Source: a virus (taxonomy: Duplodnaviria; Caudoviricetes). From it: DNA of 54,839 bases. How positions within the stretch are numbered: position 1 is the first letter of the stretch; the number at the start of each line of letters is the position of its first letter. Under the pieces are notes generated by a model. It had not been told where the DNA came from, ran no database searches, and saw only the letters and a list, made by a program, of their open reading frames with translations. The stretch is taken from positions 1-54,839 of IMG/VR virus record IMGVR_UViG_3300009605_000029, one strand, 5' to 3'. Both the position numbers and the translations under genes were made by a program. Of the stretch, positions 53,253 to 54,839 are shown piece by piece.

Positions 53253-53484
53253 AATTTTGGCCCAGGCTCCTTCCGTATATGCGAATTGGTGAAGCTTTAA
53301 TTCGCTATACGGATAGTCGCCATCTTCAGGTTTAGTCTGGGTTCTGCGACGGAAAAGCCTCCGGTCCGCAAGCGGAGCAACAGCCCGTCGCAAGTTGTAT
53401 GTAGACGAAGTAGAAATTTTCTAGAAGCCTAAAATTTCGACTTAGCCTGCATACAAGCTAATGGGCATCTAATGGGCCAAAATT
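53253..53484. other. Multi-branch inverted-repeat element (structured RNA or ssDNA/cruciform signal)
   Basis: 12-bp perfect closing inverted repeat enclosing three long hairpins (see findings). Confidence 0.6.
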
Positions 53485-53580
53485 GCTCGTTATCTGTTCT
53501 TTTTTACTTCGCAGATTCTGCTGCGGGGACGAAAGGGCAGTGCGTGGGCTCAAAGGGCTCACCCGACTGGAGGTTTCATC

Positions 53581-54414
53581 ATGGCTGGACGAATCACGAT
53601 GGCGCAGTATCAGAAGGTGCGGGCAGAGGCAGTGGCGAACTACGCCGCAGCCGCCAGCACGGCAACTCTCGCTGCTGGCGCAAAGGTGGACGCGGACAAA
53701 GTGACCGCAGGCACTTTCATGAGCATGGGCCGAGCCTGGCTCAGTGCTCCAGCAAGTCGGCTCCGGGATCCAGACAAGATCCGCGACGACATCATCACCG
53801 ACTTCGAGGCGGCGAAGACCGCGACGAAGAAGCGCGTCGTGGCCGCACACAAGGAGCAGGTCAAGGCTGGCATCAAGCCTGCCCTCAGTGAGGATGACGC
53901 CAGGAAGAACTCCACGAAGGGGATCCGACAGCGCAGGCCTGTCCTGGAGAACCTCCTCGAATGCATCAGCCTGGATCCTCAGCTTGCCCGCGATGCCTTC
54001 GCAAAGGATTCCGGCTTAAGCTGGACGCAAGTCCGAGAGGTCCTGGAGGCTCCGCTCGTGGCCCGAGTCACCGCTGACGAGAAGCTGATCTTCGTCGGCA
54101 CCGATGAGGACGGAGGCATCCACCACATCGGGCACGACTACAAGAAAATGTACGACGTGACCGAACGTGCTGTGGCTGACGGCTCCATCCAGGAGCACAT
54201 CACGCTTTCAGTCGGCCCGAAAGGTAGCACCGAGGACCTGGAGGTCGTAGTCAGCAAAGCGCCCAGCGGTCCTCTCTACGCCGAAGCCCGAGAGGCCGTA
54301 ATCCTTCATCGCAAGCTCTCGCGGTCACGTCATCGGCTCATCCGTACTTGCGAAGAGGCCGCAAGACTTCCGGAGTTCATGATCCCTGAGTCGGCTCCGA
54401 AGTCGGACGCCTAA
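53581..54414 (+). CDS. Hypothetical early protein, GC-rich codon usage
   Basis: GGAGG RBS; 277-aa ORF with strong C/G third-position bias; no recognised domain. Confidence 0.72.
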   Translation: MAGRITMAQYQKVRAEAVANYAAAASTATLAAGAKVDADKVTAGTFMSMGRAWLSAPASRLRDPDKIRDDIITDFEAAKTATKKRVVAAHKEQVKAGIKPALSEDDARKNSTKGIRQRRPVLENLLECISLDPQLARDAFAKDSGLSWTQVREVLEAPLVARVTADEKLIFVGTDEDGGIHHIGHDYKKMYDVTERAVADGSIQEHITLSVGPKGSTEDLEVVVSKAPSGPLYAEAREAVILHRKLSRSRHRLIRTCEEAARLPEFMIPESAPKSDA

Positions 54415-54428
54415 CCATCCACCTCTGC

Positions 54429-54462
54429 CGGGGGCGGTCAGGTTTCGACTTGGCCGTCCCCG
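54429..54462 (+). promoter_or_regulatory. UUCG-capped GC-rich hairpin without U-tract
   Basis: cgggggcggtcaggt-ttcg-acttggccgtccccg, just before the RBS of the next ORF. Confidence 0.55.
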
Positions 54463-54476
54463 AAAGGATACCTACG

Positions 54477-54638
54477 ATGAGTCAGTCAAAAGACGACAAG
54501 GCACTCGCGAAGGCTAAGGCCAAGGCCATGGACCAATTCCTCCGTGACTACGACGAGTATTGCGACTGGAAACGTCGCTCCCTCGACACCGATGTCCACC
54601 AGTTGGCTCTCGAACTGAAGATGGCCGACGACGACTAG
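54477..54638 (+). CDS. Small hypothetical protein
   Basis: AAAGGA RBS, ATG 54477, followed by a terminator. Confidence 0.6.
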   Translation: MSQSKDDKALAKAKAKAMDQFLRDYDEYCDWKRRSLDTDVHQLALELKMADDD

Positions 54639-54643
54639 CACCT

Positions 54644-54685
54644 GGGGACAGTCAGGTTTCGGCCTGGCTGTCCCCTTTTTTTCTT
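54644..54685 (+). terminator. Rho-independent terminator
   Basis: ggggacagtcaggt-ttcg-gcctggctgtcccc followed by a 7-T run. Confidence 0.85.
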
Positions 54686-54839
54686 CTTACCGCAAAACTG
54701 CTGATGATGCGTCGAAATTGTTCGAGCCAACATGGACAGTGAGCGAAGCATGACATAAAGCCGCCATACTTCACTACACTGACTATACATTTCGCAACTC
54801 GCTCCGCTTTTGCACCGCAACTCCACCCCCCCCTACACC

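Noticed and set aside
54429-54462. tRNA fragment suggested by GGTTTCGA
   Set aside because: It forms a single long hairpin with a UUCG loop; no cloverleaf, D-arm or anticodon arm.
1-54839. Stop-codon reassignment
   Set aside because: Standard-code ORFs tile the window densely, and TAA, TAG and TGA all end well-supported genes.
1-54839. Integrated prophage with att sites or host flanks
   Set aside because: No integrase, recognisable CI-type repressor or host housekeeping genes in the window; lifestyle cannot be determined.
54820-54839. Terminal C-run as an inverted terminal repeat of the G-run at 53060
   Set aside because: Similarity is limited to homopolymer plus a few bases in a different order; not significant.

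Overview
This window is most of the genome of an uncultured tailed dsDNA phage with a podovirus-like gene set. No host chromosome genes, integrase, DNA/RNA polymerase, tRNA or CRISPR array were recognised. Bases 1-9.5 kb (mostly + strand) form an early/recombination region: a 5'-truncated VWA-domain protein, a PD-(D/E)XK nuclease, a Sak/DUF1071 annealing protein, a ribbon-helix-helix regulator and a protein with two terminase-small-subunit-like repeats. A minus-strand RusA-like plus T7 gp4/Twinkle-type primase-helicase pair sits inside this region. Bases 9.5-52.8 kb are one tightly packed minus-strand late operon running TerL, portal, GroES-like protein, scaffold, major capsid, adaptors, tail fibre, nozzle, three long low-complexity candidate ejection proteins, a 3032-aa LPD38 polyvalent protein, holin, M15 endolysin, an HExxH protein and a spanin-like protein. 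After a highly structured non-coding switch region (52.8-53.6 kb), GC-richer + strand genes begin. Best leads: (1) a recurring [MRFYLA]-[AQ]-x-G-G motif shared by five late proteins at segment boundaries, one copy followed directly by a cecropin-like amphipathic peptide, suggesting a processing or packaging-tag system for injected cargo; (2) matched 36-aa repeat expansions on both sides of the core of a Gln/Ala/Gly-rich ejection protein; (3) a SLOG-like domain apparently inserted inside a zincin peptidase domain; (4) a compact chained double-pseudoknot RNA after the capsid gene; (5) a ~230-nt multi-branch inverted-repeat element upstream of the terminase. All functional calls come from motif recognition by eye; no searches were run.
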